Shown here piece after piece: positions 34,944 through 45,335 of a stretch of DNA of 64,000 nucleotides. The notes below the pieces were generated by a model. The model was not told the origin of the DNA. It made no database searches and saw only the letters and a program-made list of their open reading frames with translations. The DNA is taken from assembly GCA_945877185.1 (NCBI GenBank), contig CAMCRD010000001.1, positions 9,256 to 73,255 of the forward strand, written 5' to 3'. The translations under genes and the position numbers were made by a program. Numbering within the stretch: position 1 is the stretch's first letter; every line of letters starts with the position of its first letter. This stretch comes from Candidatus Finniella inopinata. Its GTDB lineage: Bacteria; Pseudomonadota; Alphaproteobacteria; Paracaedibacterales; VGCI01.

Positions 34944-37451
34944 ATGACGTTTCGTTCTTACCTTTTATCATTATTAATGATCTGCGCCGCTTTATTGCCG
35001 ACCCCCCATTCAACGATGGCTTCTATGACTATGGAAGAAAGCGAAGAGAATGATCATGAAGAAATTATTCAAAATAAAAATGATAGGATAAAACCTCAAT
35101 CAAAAGAGCCGTCCCCTATTCTCTTAAGCGCTGACAACATCGACTACAATCAAGAAACGGATATGATAGTTGCAACCGGAAATGTTCAAATTGTCCAAGG
35201 CGAGCGCCTTCTTCGTGCCCAAAAAATTACTTACAACAAAAAAACAGGCATGATGACAGCCGCGGGGAATGTATGCCTTAAAGAAAAAGAAAAAATAAGC
35301 ATTGCACCAAATCCAGAGGCCGCTAAATACAGGGAATTCTTGAATCACCAAGACCTTATCATTCATAGTTTGGGTGCAAGCAGCGCTTTAATGTCAAATC
35401 CTTTAAATTTGCCAGAACTTGGAAAACAACTTTCAACCATACAAATTGAAGAAGAAGAGGAAAAAGATCTTACCGACTATAACCTTTCCTTTTCTCCTTA
35501 CGCAGAATTTTCTAATAAATTTCAAGATGGATTTATTCAAGAAGCTAAAATGTTATTGGCAGACAACGCTCACCTAGCAGCCAATTCGGCTAAACGCGTT
35601 AACGGACAGAAAGTTATTTTTCGCCAAGCGGTCTATAGCCCTTGTAAGGTTTGCAAACTCGATCCAACAAAAAAACCTCTGTGGCAATTAAAAGCTGACA
35701 AAGTTATACACAGCAAAACAGATCAATTGATCATTTATCATCATGCCCGTTTAGAAATGGGCGGTATCCCTGTTTTTTATATGCCTTACTTTCGCCATCC
35801 AGATCCAACTGTAAAGCGCAAAACCGGATTTTTAATGCCAACGTATGGAAGCAGTTCAGACTTAGGACTGATTCTCAGCGCCCCTTTTTACTATGTCGTT
35901 GCACCCAATCGAGACCTAACACTCGTTCCTGTGATCACAACAAAGCAGGGACCTTTAGCAATTGCTGAGTATCGTCACCGTTTCCGGGATGGGTATATTA
36001 CAGGCAGCACGAGCTATACACAAACCCGCGATTTAAAACAAACGGGCAATTTAAAGAGCATTCCGAAGGGATCGAGGCTTCCTGGAAGGGATCGCTGGCA
36101 CGTCTTCACTCAAGGACGCTTTGATTTGAATGATGAACATGTCGCCACTTTTGAAATTAACAAAGCCAGCGATACGACATATCTGCGTCGTTATCCTATT
36201 TTGCCTCAAGGGTTCCGCTTGAAAGTTCCTGTAAAAAACATGATTAGTACGGGAGCTATCGAGCAATTTCGGGATCATAATTATGCAACGGTTCGCGCAA
36301 CAGCATATCAAACGGACAATCCTGCGACCACACCTTACATCTTTCCTCACGGTTGGTATAATTACCAAAGTGACCCTGACACCTTGAATGGTATCTGGAA
36401 CTTCGATGCTAATTTTTTATCTCTTGGACGGCGCCTTGATACGCCTGCACAAAATGCACGACACATGCAGCGCTTATCCTTGAATGGAGGGTGGCGCTTG
36501 CCTTATGTATCTCCCACCGGGCATGCTTGGACTTTACAAATGACCTTACGTGGGGATGCTTACGCTCTCGAACACTATCAATCCTCTCTGGCAAAGCCTA
36601 CCGCGCATTCTGCTTTTCGCGAGCGTTTGTTCCCAACAGCTTCTGCTCAATGGCGTTATCCTTTGATTAAGCGCCTTGACAAGGCTAATTGGGTTTTAGA
36701 ACCAACGGCAATGATTGTCGGAACACCGCGTGTTAATAATAGGTCCATTCCAAATGAAGATTCTTTGAACATCCAAGTAGAAGACACCTCTTTGTTCTTG
36801 CCACAACGCTTTTCCGGGCTTGATCGGGTTGATACAGGCGGAAGATTTATTTATGGGGCAAACTCCACTTGGTTTTTCCCACAGCAACGCCTGTTTCAGT
36901 TCTTCTTAGGCCACAGCCTTCGGCTGGATCGTCGCCAAGTATTACCATCGAACGCCGGCGAAGATAAACGTGCTTCAGATATCGTGAGCCGTTTTCGCCT
37001 TAACCCAATGGATGGTATCCAGTTCTTGAATCGGATGGCTTGGCATTACAAAAGGACACGACCCCGCATTTCTGACACGTCCGCAATTTTTGGAAAAAAA
37101 CTCATCATTTTTCAACTAAACCATACCTTTGTGAATAAATATTCAACCACCAACACGATTGGCATTTCTCAAGCTACCTGGGTTATTGGAACACAACCCT
37201 TTGATCACTGGAGCTTTTCTCTGGGAGAGACCCGAAACTTAAAACGTCATCAACGAGGTGCCCTTTCTCACACCTTATCCGCTCTTTATCATGATGAATG
37301 TTTCCGGATGACGTTAAGCGCTTTCAAAACCCGGTCCTTGGATCGAGATATCCGCCCGAACTCTGGCGTTATTCTTCAATTTGATTTCAAAAATCTGGGA
37401 TCCGTTAGCCCCCTAGACACAATTGGCGTGAACGCCAACAACGTTTTCTAA
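34944..37451 (+). CDS. lptD: LPS assembly outer-membrane protein LptD
   Basis: Signal peptide, OstA-like N-terminal block LSADNIDYNQETDMIVATGNVQIVQGERLLRAQKITYNKKTG, and a large C-terminal beta-barrel region. 835 aa, and it follows lptFG. Confidence 0.85.
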   Translation: MTFRSYLLSLLMICAALLPTPHSTMASMTMEESEENDHEEIIQNKNDRIKPQSKEPSPILLSADNIDYNQETDMIVATGNVQIVQGERLLRAQKITYNKKTGMMTAAGNVCLKEKEKISIAPNPEAAKYREFLNHQDLIIHSLGASSALMSNPLNLPELGKQLSTIQIEEEEEKDLTDYNLSFSPYAEFSNKFQDGFIQEAKMLLADNAHLAANSAKRVNGQKVIFRQAVYSPCKVCKLDPTKKPLWQLKADKVIHSKTDQLIIYHHARLEMGGIPVFYMPYFRHPDPTVKRKTGFLMPTYGSSSDLGLILSAPFYYVVAPNRDLTLVPVITTKQGPLAIAEYRHRFRDGYITGSTSYTQTRDLKQTGNLKSIPKGSRLPGRDRWHVFTQGRFDLNDEHVATFEINKASDTTYLRRYPILPQGFRLKVPVKNMISTGAIEQFRDHNYATVRATAYQTDNPATTPYIFPHGWYNYQSDPDTLNGIWNFDANFLSLGRRLDTPAQNARHMQRLSLNGGWRLPYVSPTGHAWTLQMTLRGDAYALEHYQSSLAKPTAHSAFRERLFPTASAQWRYPLIKRLDKANWVLEPTAMIVGTPRVNNRSIPNEDSLNIQVEDTSLFLPQRFSGLDRVDTGGRFIYGANSTWFFPQQRLFQFFLGHSLRLDRRQVLPSNAGEDKRASDIVSRFRLNPMDGIQFLNRMAWHYKRTRPRISDTSAIFGKKLIIFQLNHTFVNKYSTTNTIGISQATWVIGTQPFDHWSFSLGETRNLKRHQRGALSHTLSALYHDECFRMTLSAFKTRSLDRDIRPNSGVILQFDFKNLGSVSPLDTIGVNANNVF

Positions 37452-37466
37452 GGAATGAGGTAAGGA

Positions 37467-37928
37467 ATGCACCTCGCTCTCTATCAACCTGAGATTCCTC
37501 AAAATACGGGAACGCTCATGCGCTTATGCGCGTGCATGGGAATTAATTTAAATATCATTCATCCGTGTGGATTTGTTTGGGAGGATCGCCATTTGCGGCG
37601 GGCTGGTATGGACTATATGGATATTGCCACTGTTCATCACCATACTTCCTGGGAGACTTTCCAAGAGGAAGTTAGAAAAAAAAGCCAACGACTTATTCTC
37701 TTAGACGCAAAAGCAGAAACCCTTTACACTAATTTTTCTTTTCAAAGCGGGGACGTTTTACTATTAGGACAAGAAAGTGCTGGGGTTCCTGAAGATATTT
37801 TTCAAACCACCCCTCACCGCTTACGAATTCCCATGACGCCTGGCTGCCGCTCTCTCAACGTTTCTCTTGCCGCCGCCATGGTTGTTGGGGAGGCTTTACG
37901 GCAATTAAAAATAGCCCAAGGAGAATAA
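37467..37928 (+). CDS. trmL: tRNA (cytidine/uridine-2'-O)-methyltransferase TrmL (SpoU/TrmH family)
   Basis: 153 aa. [34 protein letters not shown], and [18 protein letters not shown]. Confidence 0.8.
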   Translation: MHLALYQPEIPQNTGTLMRLCACMGINLNIIHPCGFVWEDRHLRRAGMDYMDIATVHHHTSWETFQEEVRKKSQRLILLDAKAETLYTNFSFQSGDVLLLGQESAGVPEDIFQTTPHRLRIPMTPGCRSLNVSLAAAMVVGEALRQLKIAQGE

Positions 37929-37932
37929 AACG

Positions 37933-38814
37933 ATGACGACATCCGACCAAAAAGTGCAATTGAGTGTTTGGTTTTCAAGTCTACAGAGCCGTATTTGTGA
38001 AGCCCTTGAGAATCTAGAAGATGAAGCTGAGCACCTTGCCCCAAGGCATGTTCCGCCAGGCCGCTTTGAGCGTAAAGAGTGGAAACGGCAAGACGCTTCT
38101 CACCCTGAGCAAGATGGCGGTGGGGGAACCATGACACTCCTAAAGGGACGGGTTTTTGAAAAAGCAGGCGTCAATGTATCCACCGTCTATGGGGAATTTC
38201 CTTCCCAATTTGCCAAAGAAATTCCTGGCGCTGATGCGGATCCACGGTTTTGGGCCATCGGCATTTCTCTCGTGATTCATCCGCTCAACCCCTTCGTACC
38301 CGCCGTGCATATGAACACGCGCCATATTGTAACCTCTAAAGCCTGGTTTGGAGGTGGCTCTGACCTCACCCCTACCTTTGAATTTGATGAAGATACAAAT
38401 GATTTTCATCAAGCGTTTCGGGTTGCTTGTGATACCCATAACCCGGATTATTATCCCCGCTTCAAGGCATTGTGTGATGACTATTTTTATCTCCCCCATC
38501 GTCAAGAACCCCGCGGTATTGGGGGCATTTTTTATGATAATTTAAGGAGCGGCGAAGCTCCCGAAGACTTTGAGAAAGACTTTGCTTTTACCCGTGACGT
38601 TGGGGAAGCATTCCTTGATATTTACCCCAAGCTGGTGCGCCGTCATATGGAGAAGCCGTGGACGGAAAGCGATAAGCAAAAACAAATGGTTAAACGCGGA
38701 CGTTATGTGGAGTTCAATCTCCTCTATGACCGGGGAACAAAATTTGGCCTCCAAACGGGGGGTAATGTAGAAGCCATCCTCATGTCCCTGCCTCCCATGG
38801 TCAGCTGGCCTTAA
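37933..38814 (+). CDS. hemF: oxygen-dependent coproporphyrinogen-III oxidase
   Basis: [60 protein letters not shown], and RGIGGIFYD. Confidence 0.9.
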   Translation: MTTSDQKVQLSVWFSSLQSRICEALENLEDEAEHLAPRHVPPGRFERKEWKRQDASHPEQDGGGGTMTLLKGRVFEKAGVNVSTVYGEFPSQFAKEIPGADADPRFWAIGISLVIHPLNPFVPAVHMNTRHIVTSKAWFGGGSDLTPTFEFDEDTNDFHQAFRVACDTHNPDYYPRFKALCDDYFYLPHRQEPRGIGGIFYDNLRSGEAPEDFEKDFAFTRDVGEAFLDIYPKLVRRHMEKPWTESDKQKQMVKRGRYVEFNLLYDRGTKFGLQTGGNVEAILMSLPPMVSWP

Positions 38815-40171
38815 GAAGCCTATTGATTTGACCTGCTAAGTAGAAGGGCAAAGACAATAAACGATATGGAAACTCTTCGTGATTAGGGAGTTTTCCTTTT
38901 TCATCCAGGATACTTGGCACATCTGCGTTAAAGCGCACGCCACAAGGCCAATGTTTTTCTTGTATAAAATAATGCAGCGATTTCAAGTGCCCTGTTTTTC
39001 CTGCTTTTACTTCTATCGGAATAATTTGGTTTTCATATTGCCAAACATAATCCAATTGAGCAGAAGACTGGGCTTTTTCTCTCACCCAATAATATAATTC
39101 TGGCTTTTGGTAGGGTGGATACAACTGAAGCAACGTTTGACCGATAAATTGCTCTGCAAGGGTTCCACGGTTTATCCATGCCCAATCTGGCGCTTGAATA
39201 ATAGACAAGTGGCCCAATCCTGATGCAGAGCACAGAAGCCCAATATCAAGAAAAATAGCCTTAAAAATTTTAGGATCAATTTGTGCACCCAAAGGCAAAC
39301 CGGATGCATGGCTGTGATAAATAAGATGGATCACCTTAGCCAAATTCAAACACTCTAATGATTCTTTAACTTGGGTTGATTTGCTTCCCGCGTCCAATTC
39401 GGCATATTTTATTTTTTGCCCTATTAAACCGGGAAGTGCTTTAAAAGAACGTCTTAGCAGGGGGATTTGTTTGATACGACCATATTTGTGAAAATCCTCT
39501 TGGTAACTTTGTAAAATACTTTGCTTGATGGCATCGATTTCTTGAAAATCACGTTGTTCAGCATAATGCGCAACCACTTCTGGCATTCCGCCTGTCAGCC
39601 AAAATTCTTTAACCCGTTCCAAGCAGCGTTGGTGAAGAGGAATAGGGATTGTGTCCGTTATCGTAACCGACCGAATCCATTCTAATAAAGCGGTTTCACC
39701 TAATGCCGTTAAAAAGTCTTCAAAGGAAATGGGGCCCAAGTGAAAATATTCAATTCGTCCCACCGGCATCGAAAACTCAGGCTCCACCAATGCAAAATCA
39801 AGCAATGATCCCGCAGCGATCACCGGCAGTTCGGGACATTCTTCATGAAAATATCTCAAAGTTTCAATAACTTTAGGAGTTGCCTGGATTTCGTCCAAAA
39901 ATAGGAGTGTAGTTTCAGGATTGATAGCTTGTTTAAAATAGATACTTAGATGGCTCAAAATAGTGGCCGGGTCTTTACTTTTGAAAAAATCTTCATGTTC
40001 CGGATACCGTTCAAAATTCAGCTCCAAGCAAGACCGCCCGCTTAATTTTGCCAAATGACGTACCAGATTGGACTTCCCTACTTGCCTTGCTCCCCTGACA
40101 ATGAGAGGCTTTCTGCCCTTTTTAGTCAACCAGCTTAAGAGTAAATCGACTTCAAAACGATGTATTTGCAT
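38801..40171 (-). CDS. AAA-family ATPase with DUF4143-like C-terminal region
   Basis: Walker [11 protein letters not shown] and Walker B-like LLFLDEIQ. The architecture is typical of the AAA_14/DUF4143 ATP-binding proteins. The ATG at 40171 is preferred over the TTG at 40183. The 3' end overlaps the hemF 3' end by 14 bp (convergent). Confidence 0.75.
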   Translation of the reverse strand: MQIHRFEVDLLLSWLTKKGRKPLIVRGARQVGKSNLVRHLAKLSGRSCLELNFERYPEHEDFFKSKDPATILSHLSIYFKQAINPETTLLFLDEIQATPKVIETLRYFHEECPELPVIAAGSLLDFALVEPEFSMPVGRIEYFHLGPISFEDFLTALGETALLEWIRSVTITDTIPIPLHQRCLERVKEFWLTGGMPEVVAHYAEQRDFQEIDAIKQSILQSYQEDFHKYGRIKQIPLLRRSFKALPGLIGQKIKYAELDAGSKSTQVKESLECLNLAKVIHLIYHSHASGLPLGAQIDPKIFKAIFLDIGLLCSASGLGHLSIIQAPDWAWINRGTLAEQFIGQTLLQLYPPYQKPELYYWVREKAQSSAQLDYVWQYENQIIPIEVKAGKTGHLKSLHYFIQEKHWPCGVRFNADVPSILDEKGKLPNHEEFPYRLLSLPFYLAGQINRLLKAS

Positions 40172-40447
40172 GGTTCTTCCCAAAAATACAGGTCATTTTA
40201 TCCTAATACATCCATTATAACCCCTTATTTTGGGAGATCAAGGATATTTTTAATGGTATATGGTGCCTAAAAACCACTTGTTAAATTGTGGGTACGGGTG
40301 GTATAAAATTTTTGAATGGATGAAAAATTACTATCGTCGGCCATTTCTTTAAAATCCCCCCTTGTTCCATAATTTTTTGTGCCTCAATTTTATGGTACAA
40401 ATTGCCATAACCAACTAACCTTAATTCTATAGCGAAAGAGATTTCTC

Positions 40448-41648
40448 ATGCCTCGTTATTTTTTACCCCTTTTAATTTTGTCCCTCATTGCTTGCTGCAT
40501 TGAGGTTGATATTTCTGTGCCCAGCTTTCCAGATATGGGGCGCTATTTTCATGTGGAAGATGGCATCATCCAAATGACCATTGCCTACAATTTTTTAGGG
40601 TTTTGCTTGGGTGCCGCTGTATATGGCCCCTTATCGGATGTCTATGGTCGTCGACCCATCATGGTTTGGGGAAATGCGATTTTGGCCATTGGGGCTGTGG
40701 GTTGTGTGATCGCCCCCTCCATATCCTTCCTGCTTGGAACGCGGCTCATTCAAGGCATTGGGGCATCTGCATCCGCCGTGGTGGTTTTTGCAATGATTGC
40801 AGATGCTTATCCCGAAAAAGATAAAGCAGCGAAATTAATTGGCGCCATGAATGGTGTTTTCACCACCATAATGGCAGCAGCCCCCATAGTGGGCGGTTTT
40901 ATCAATGAAGCGGTTGGGTGGCGGGGAAATTACGGGATCGTTGCCCTGATTTGTATCGTGTCTTGGGTTTTCTTGTCTTTCTTCCTGCCGGAAACAAAAA
41001 GAACTTTCGAGTCTTTTCACTTAAGCAAAATTAAGAAGGGCTACCAACAACTTCTCACCAGCATACCATTTATCAGCGCTTCCGTCGTTCCAAGCTTAAG
41101 TTATGCGTGTTATCTTTCTTATTACCCAAGCCCCTTTTCTTTACACGGAAACATATGAGTTAACCTTAATGGGCTATGTCCTCCATCAATGCGTCATTAT
41201 CTCTGTCTTTTCGATTATCAGCCTCTTCTCAGGCCCTATCATTCAAAAGCTGGGCGCCAGAGACTGCATTACAAAAGGAGTTTCTCTTTCAGGATTGAGC
41301 GCCTTGGGGATGGTTCTGGTTGGCCTCCTTGCACCAAAATCCCCTTACCTCATGACGTTCTTTATGAGCCTTGGGGGGTTAGGCGCGGCGGTTTCTTACC
41401 CTGTTATCTTTGCAGGATCCTTAGAAATTTTCCCCGATATCAAGGGCGCAGCATCCTCTGTGATTATGAGCATGCGATCTTTCTTGTGCTTTGCTTTTGT
41501 CGCTCTCACAAGTTATTTGTATAATGGCAACCCATTGCGAATAGCCCTCATTGTACTGGGAGGAAACATAATCTGCCTATTTCTTACACCTAACCTATTG
41601 CGGCATGAGCCATTTTCTGGGGTTACTTCTCCTCAAAACGCTTCTTAA
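40448..41648 (+). pseudogene. MFS transporter (Bcr/CflA-like) interrupted by a frameshift near 41100..41110
   Basis: ORF 40448..41158 carries TM1-6 (GPLSDVYGRRP, LIQGIGASA). ORF 41103..41648, in the next frame, carries the second six-helix half (..FLITQAPFLYTETYEL..). The junction reads SLSYA|(t)|VIFLITQAPFLY, consistent with a 1-nt indel. A sequencing error cannot be excluded. Confidence 0.6.
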
Positions 41649-41736
41649 ACGTCATTCACATTGAGTCTTTTGGGTGCTTTGTGCTAAAAACGAGGAGAGA
41701 GAGTAATTATACAGATTCGATATTGTAGATAATTTA

Positions 41737-41874
41737 CGTCATTGCGAGAAGTTACGGCGCAGCCTTTGGCGGGGGCGAACGATGTGGCAATCCACAAAAG
41801 CCAAAGACAAGGGCTTTCTTAAATATATGGATTGCCGCGTCCTACCACGCTCCGCTCGCACTCCTCGCAATGAC
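41737..41874. repeat. MITE-like palindromic element, copy 2 (left arm degenerate)
   Basis: It begins cgtcattgcgag and ends ggattgccgcgtcctaccacgctccgctcgcactcctcgcaatgac. The right arm is nearly identical to the right arm of copy 1 (14767..14812). The site is intergenic, between the MFS pseudogene and pheS. Confidence 0.75.
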
Positions 41875-41918
41875 TGAATTTTTCTAAATGAAGAATAGCA
41901 TTTTAAGGACATAATTTT

Positions 41919-42956
41919 ATGAGTCAGGCCTTGCAAAATTGGAAAGAAGAAATCAATCAGTGCGACTCTTTAAAAGCGTTGGAGGATGTGCGCGTTCGCC
42001 TCTTGGGAAAGTCCGGCGAGATTACGCAAATGCTCAAAACCTTAGGGGCATTGGATGCGGAACTTCGGCGGGAAAAGGGGCTTGAGATTAATCAACTGAA
42101 AGAAGCGGTTTATCTATCGTTAGAAGAGAAACGCGCGCATCTCACAACACACGCGCTTGAAGATAAACTCACAGCCGAAGCTGTTGACGTTACCCTGTCC
42201 ATCCGCCCTGAATCGATTGGCACCCTTCATCCCATTACCCGCACCATTGAGGAGATCACAAGCTATTTTGCCAAAGCTGGATTTTCTGTGGCGGAAGGCT
42301 CGGATATTGAGGATGAAGAACATAATTTCAATGCCTTGAACATCCCAGAGCATCACCCTGCCCGTCAATCTATTGATACGTTTTATTTGAATGCAGAGAA
42401 AATGTTGCTTCGCACACATACCTCTTCGGTTCAGATTCGCACCATGAAGACAACCCCTCCCCCTATTCGTATCTTGTCGCTGGGGCGCGTGTATCGGTCA
42501 GAATCTGATGCAACCCATACGCCCATGTTCCATCAAGTGGAAGGACTGGTCATCGATAAAGATATTCATATGGGACACTTGAAGAGCACGATTACCGATT
42601 TCTTGCGTCATTATTTTGGTATTGCGGACTTGCCTATGCGCTTTCGTCCCAGCTTTTTCCCCTTCACAGAACCTTCTGCGGAAGTCGATATCGGCTGCTC
42701 CCGTGAAGGAGGCGCCTTAAAAATAGGATCTGGTAAGGACTGGCTAGAGATTTTAGGGTGTGGCATGGTTCACCCCAAGGTTCTCACCAATTGCGGGATT
42801 AACCCTGATATATACCAAGGTTTTGCTTTTGGCATGGGCCTTGACCGCCTCAGCATGCTCAAATACGGTCTGCCAGATCTTCGACCCTTCTTCGAGAGTG
42901 ATGCCCGATGGCTAAAACACTACGGATTTTCTCCTTATCTATCAGCAGGACTATAA
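41919..42956 (+). CDS. pheS: phenylalanine--tRNA ligase alpha subunit
   Basis: HPARQSIDTFY, FRPSFFPFTEPSAEVD, and GFAFGMGLDRL. Confidence 0.95.
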   Translation: MSQALQNWKEEINQCDSLKALEDVRVRLLGKSGEITQMLKTLGALDAELRREKGLEINQLKEAVYLSLEEKRAHLTTHALEDKLTAEAVDVTLSIRPESIGTLHPITRTIEEITSYFAKAGFSVAEGSDIEDEEHNFNALNIPEHHPARQSIDTFYLNAEKMLLRTHTSSVQIRTMKTTPPPIRILSLGRVYRSESDATHTPMFHQVEGLVIDKDIHMGHLKSTITDFLRHYFGIADLPMRFRPSFFPFTEPSAEVDIGCSREGGALKIGSGKDWLEILGCGMVHPKVLTNCGINPDIYQGFAFGMGLDRLSMLKYGLPDLRPFFESDARWLKHYGFSPYLSAGL

Positions 42957-42959
42957 CCC

Positions 42960-45335
42960 ATGAAATTCACCTTATCCTGGTTAAAAGACCATCTGGAAAC
43001 AACGGCATCTTTATCCGAAATTGCAGAAAGACTCGTGACTTTAGGCTTGGAAGTCGAGAGTATTGAAGACCCTGCTGAAAAATTGAAAGGTTTTGTGGTA
43101 GCGGATGTTGTCGAAGCAGGTCGCCACCCCAATGCAGACCGCCTCAGCTTATGCTTTGCCGATGCTGGAACGGGAACACGCATCCAAGTGGTTTGTGGCG
43201 CCCCCAATGTCCGAACTGGCATGAAAGTGGCTTTTGCTCCTGAAGGAGTTACCATCCCCTCTACGGGAACAGTTTTGAAAAAAGGTAAAATTCGGGATGT
43301 GGAAAGTTTCGGGATGTTTTGTTCCGCAACAGAGCTGGGGACGGGGGAAGAGGGAGACGGAATCCTTGATCTCAATACTTCTTTACCTGCGGGAACGCCT
43401 TTAGCAGAAGCTTTGGGATTAGCAGACCCTATCATTGATATTGCCATCACCCCGAACCGGTCAGACTGTTTTGGCGTCCGGGGAATTGCACGGGATTTGG
43501 CCGCTAGTGGGATCGGAACCTTAAAACCCTTATCCTACAAAGAAGAACCGGGTGAATTCCCCTGCCCGATCACCGTTACCGTTGAAGACAGTCAAGCTTG
43601 TCCAGATTTTCAAGTCAGGGCGATTAAGGGATTACGCAATGGACCAAGCCCCGAGTGGGTCCAAAGGCGCTTGCGTGCCGTTGGCTTACGCCCTATTTCT
43701 GCCCTGGTTGACGTCACAAACTACCTGACCTTTGATCTCGGGCGGCCTTTACACGTCTTTGATCTTAATAAAATTAAGGGTAACTTGACTGTCCGCTTAG
43801 CAAAATCGAAAGAGACTCTCGCTGCCCTCAATGGCAAAGACTATACTTTAGACAGCGGGATGACCGTCATTGCCGATGATTCCGGCGTATTATCCCTTGG
43901 AGGCATTATTGGAGGCACTAGCACAGGCTGCTTAGAAGATACGGTTGACGTCCTGATTGAATGTGCAAATTTCGACCCCATCCGAACAGCTCAGACGGGA
44001 AGGACTTTATCAATTTTAAGCGATGCACGCACCCGCTTTGAGCGGGGCGTTGACCCTTTGAGTATCCCTTTCGGATTAGACGCGGCAGCAAGCCTCATTC
44101 TCGACTGGTGTGGCGGGACTCTCAGTGAGGGCGGTGTAACAACTCACAAAGACCCCCAACCAAAAGAGGAGCCACTTCCCATCACGTTGTCCCATGAGAA
44201 ACTCCTCCGCTTAAGCGGATGTGATACTCCCATGGCCGAAGCGAAAAATTTTCTCGAAGCCTTGGGTTTTACAACAATCTCTTCCAACGCAACAGAATTG
44301 ACGGTTATAGCGCCTTCTTACCGTCCAGATATTGAAGGACCAGCCGATTTGGTAGAGGAAATCTTACGCCTGAAAGGCTATGATCAGATTCCAGCAATTC
44401 CCCTTCCTTCACCACAAATGAAAACGGAGGAAATTTCCATACCCTCTATTGTTAAACGTGTGTTGGCCTCTCGAGGTTTGAATGAGGCCGTTACCTGGTC
44501 CTTTATGCAAGAGAATATCGCCCAAAAATTTGGTGGCAAAGACGCGTCTTTGCGATTGGTGAACCCCATCAGCATTGAAATGGACTTTATGCGCCCCTCC
44601 ATGATCCCCAATTTAATCCAGGCCGCCATTCGCAACCAAGACCGTGGCCAAGCGACAGTTGCCTTATTTGAAGTGGGCCCCCAGTTTAAGGAAGGATCGC
44701 AAGCATTGGCAGCCACAGGCCTACTGGCAGGGCAAACAGGCCCCCGGCATTGGGCACAAACACCCCGTCTTGTGGATGTGTTTGATGCCAAAGCCCATGC
44801 CCTGGCTGTTCTAAACACCTTGGGTGTAACGGAATCTTCTCTTCAAATTGACGCAACAGGACCGGACTATTACCATCCCGGGCGTAAAGGAAGCATCAAA
44901 CAAGGGAACCGCACCTTTGCCCTTTTTGGAGAAATTCACCCTGGAATCATCGCTGATATGTCAGGAGACGGTGCGTTCGTCGGTTTTGAGGTCTTTTTAG
45001 ATCAACTGCCCCCCTTGCGGCTCAAGAAATCGACTCTCCAGATCTCCCCCTATCAACCGGTGGTGCGTGACTTTGCTTTCGTTGTAGATGAGGCGATCCT
45101 TGCCGACCAAATCGTCAAAACTGTGGCAAAAGTAGATCGCTCTTTAATTACCGCCGTTCATATTTTTGACGCGTATACGGGAGATAAACTTGAAAAAGGT
45201 AAAAAATCCTTAGGGATCCAAGTCCGCCTTGAACCGCAAAGTGGCACCTTAACAGATGCGCAAATCATGGAAGTATGCGATAACATTGTTGCAAGCGTAT
45301 CGAAAGCAACCGGCGGAGTTTTAAGAAGCCTATGA
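42960..45335 (+). CDS. pheT: phenylalanine--tRNA ligase beta subunit
   Basis: [14 protein letters not shown], a tRNA-binding domain ([10 protein letters not shown]), B3/4 and B5 regions, and 791 aa. It directly follows pheS. Confidence 0.95.
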   Translation: MKFTLSWLKDHLETTASLSEIAERLVTLGLEVESIEDPAEKLKGFVVADVVEAGRHPNADRLSLCFADAGTGTRIQVVCGAPNVRTGMKVAFAPEGVTIPSTGTVLKKGKIRDVESFGMFCSATELGTGEEGDGILDLNTSLPAGTPLAEALGLADPIIDIAITPNRSDCFGVRGIARDLAASGIGTLKPLSYKEEPGEFPCPITVTVEDSQACPDFQVRAIKGLRNGPSPEWVQRRLRAVGLRPISALVDVTNYLTFDLGRPLHVFDLNKIKGNLTVRLAKSKETLAALNGKDYTLDSGMTVIADDSGVLSLGGIIGGTSTGCLEDTVDVLIECANFDPIRTAQTGRTLSILSDARTRFERGVDPLSIPFGLDAAASLILDWCGGTLSEGGVTTHKDPQPKEEPLPITLSHEKLLRLSGCDTPMAEAKNFLEALGFTTISSNATELTVIAPSYRPDIEGPADLVEEILRLKGYDQIPAIPLPSPQMKTEEISIPSIVKRVLASRGLNEAVTWSFMQENIAQKFGGKDASLRLVNPISIEMDFMRPSMIPNLIQAAIRNQDRGQATVALFEVGPQFKEGSQALAATGLLAGQTGPRHWAQTPRLVDVFDAKAHALAVLNTLGVTESSLQIDATGPDYYHPGRKGSIKQGNRTFALFGEIHPGIIADMSGDGAFVGFEVFLDQLPPLRLKKSTLQISPYQPVVRDFAFVVDEAILADQIVKTVAKVDRSLITAVHIFDAYTGDKLEKGKKSLGIQVRLEPQSGTLTDAQIMEVCDNIVASVSKATGGVLRSL

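Noticed and set aside
41739-41936. 65-aa ORF on the minus strand
   Set aside because: It lies entirely within the palindromic repeat element and is a typical phantom ORF created by such repeats.
42935-43450. 171-aa ORF antisense to pheT
   Set aside because: It is antisense to a highly conserved gene, and its Ser/Pro/Ala-rich composition is typical of antisense readings.
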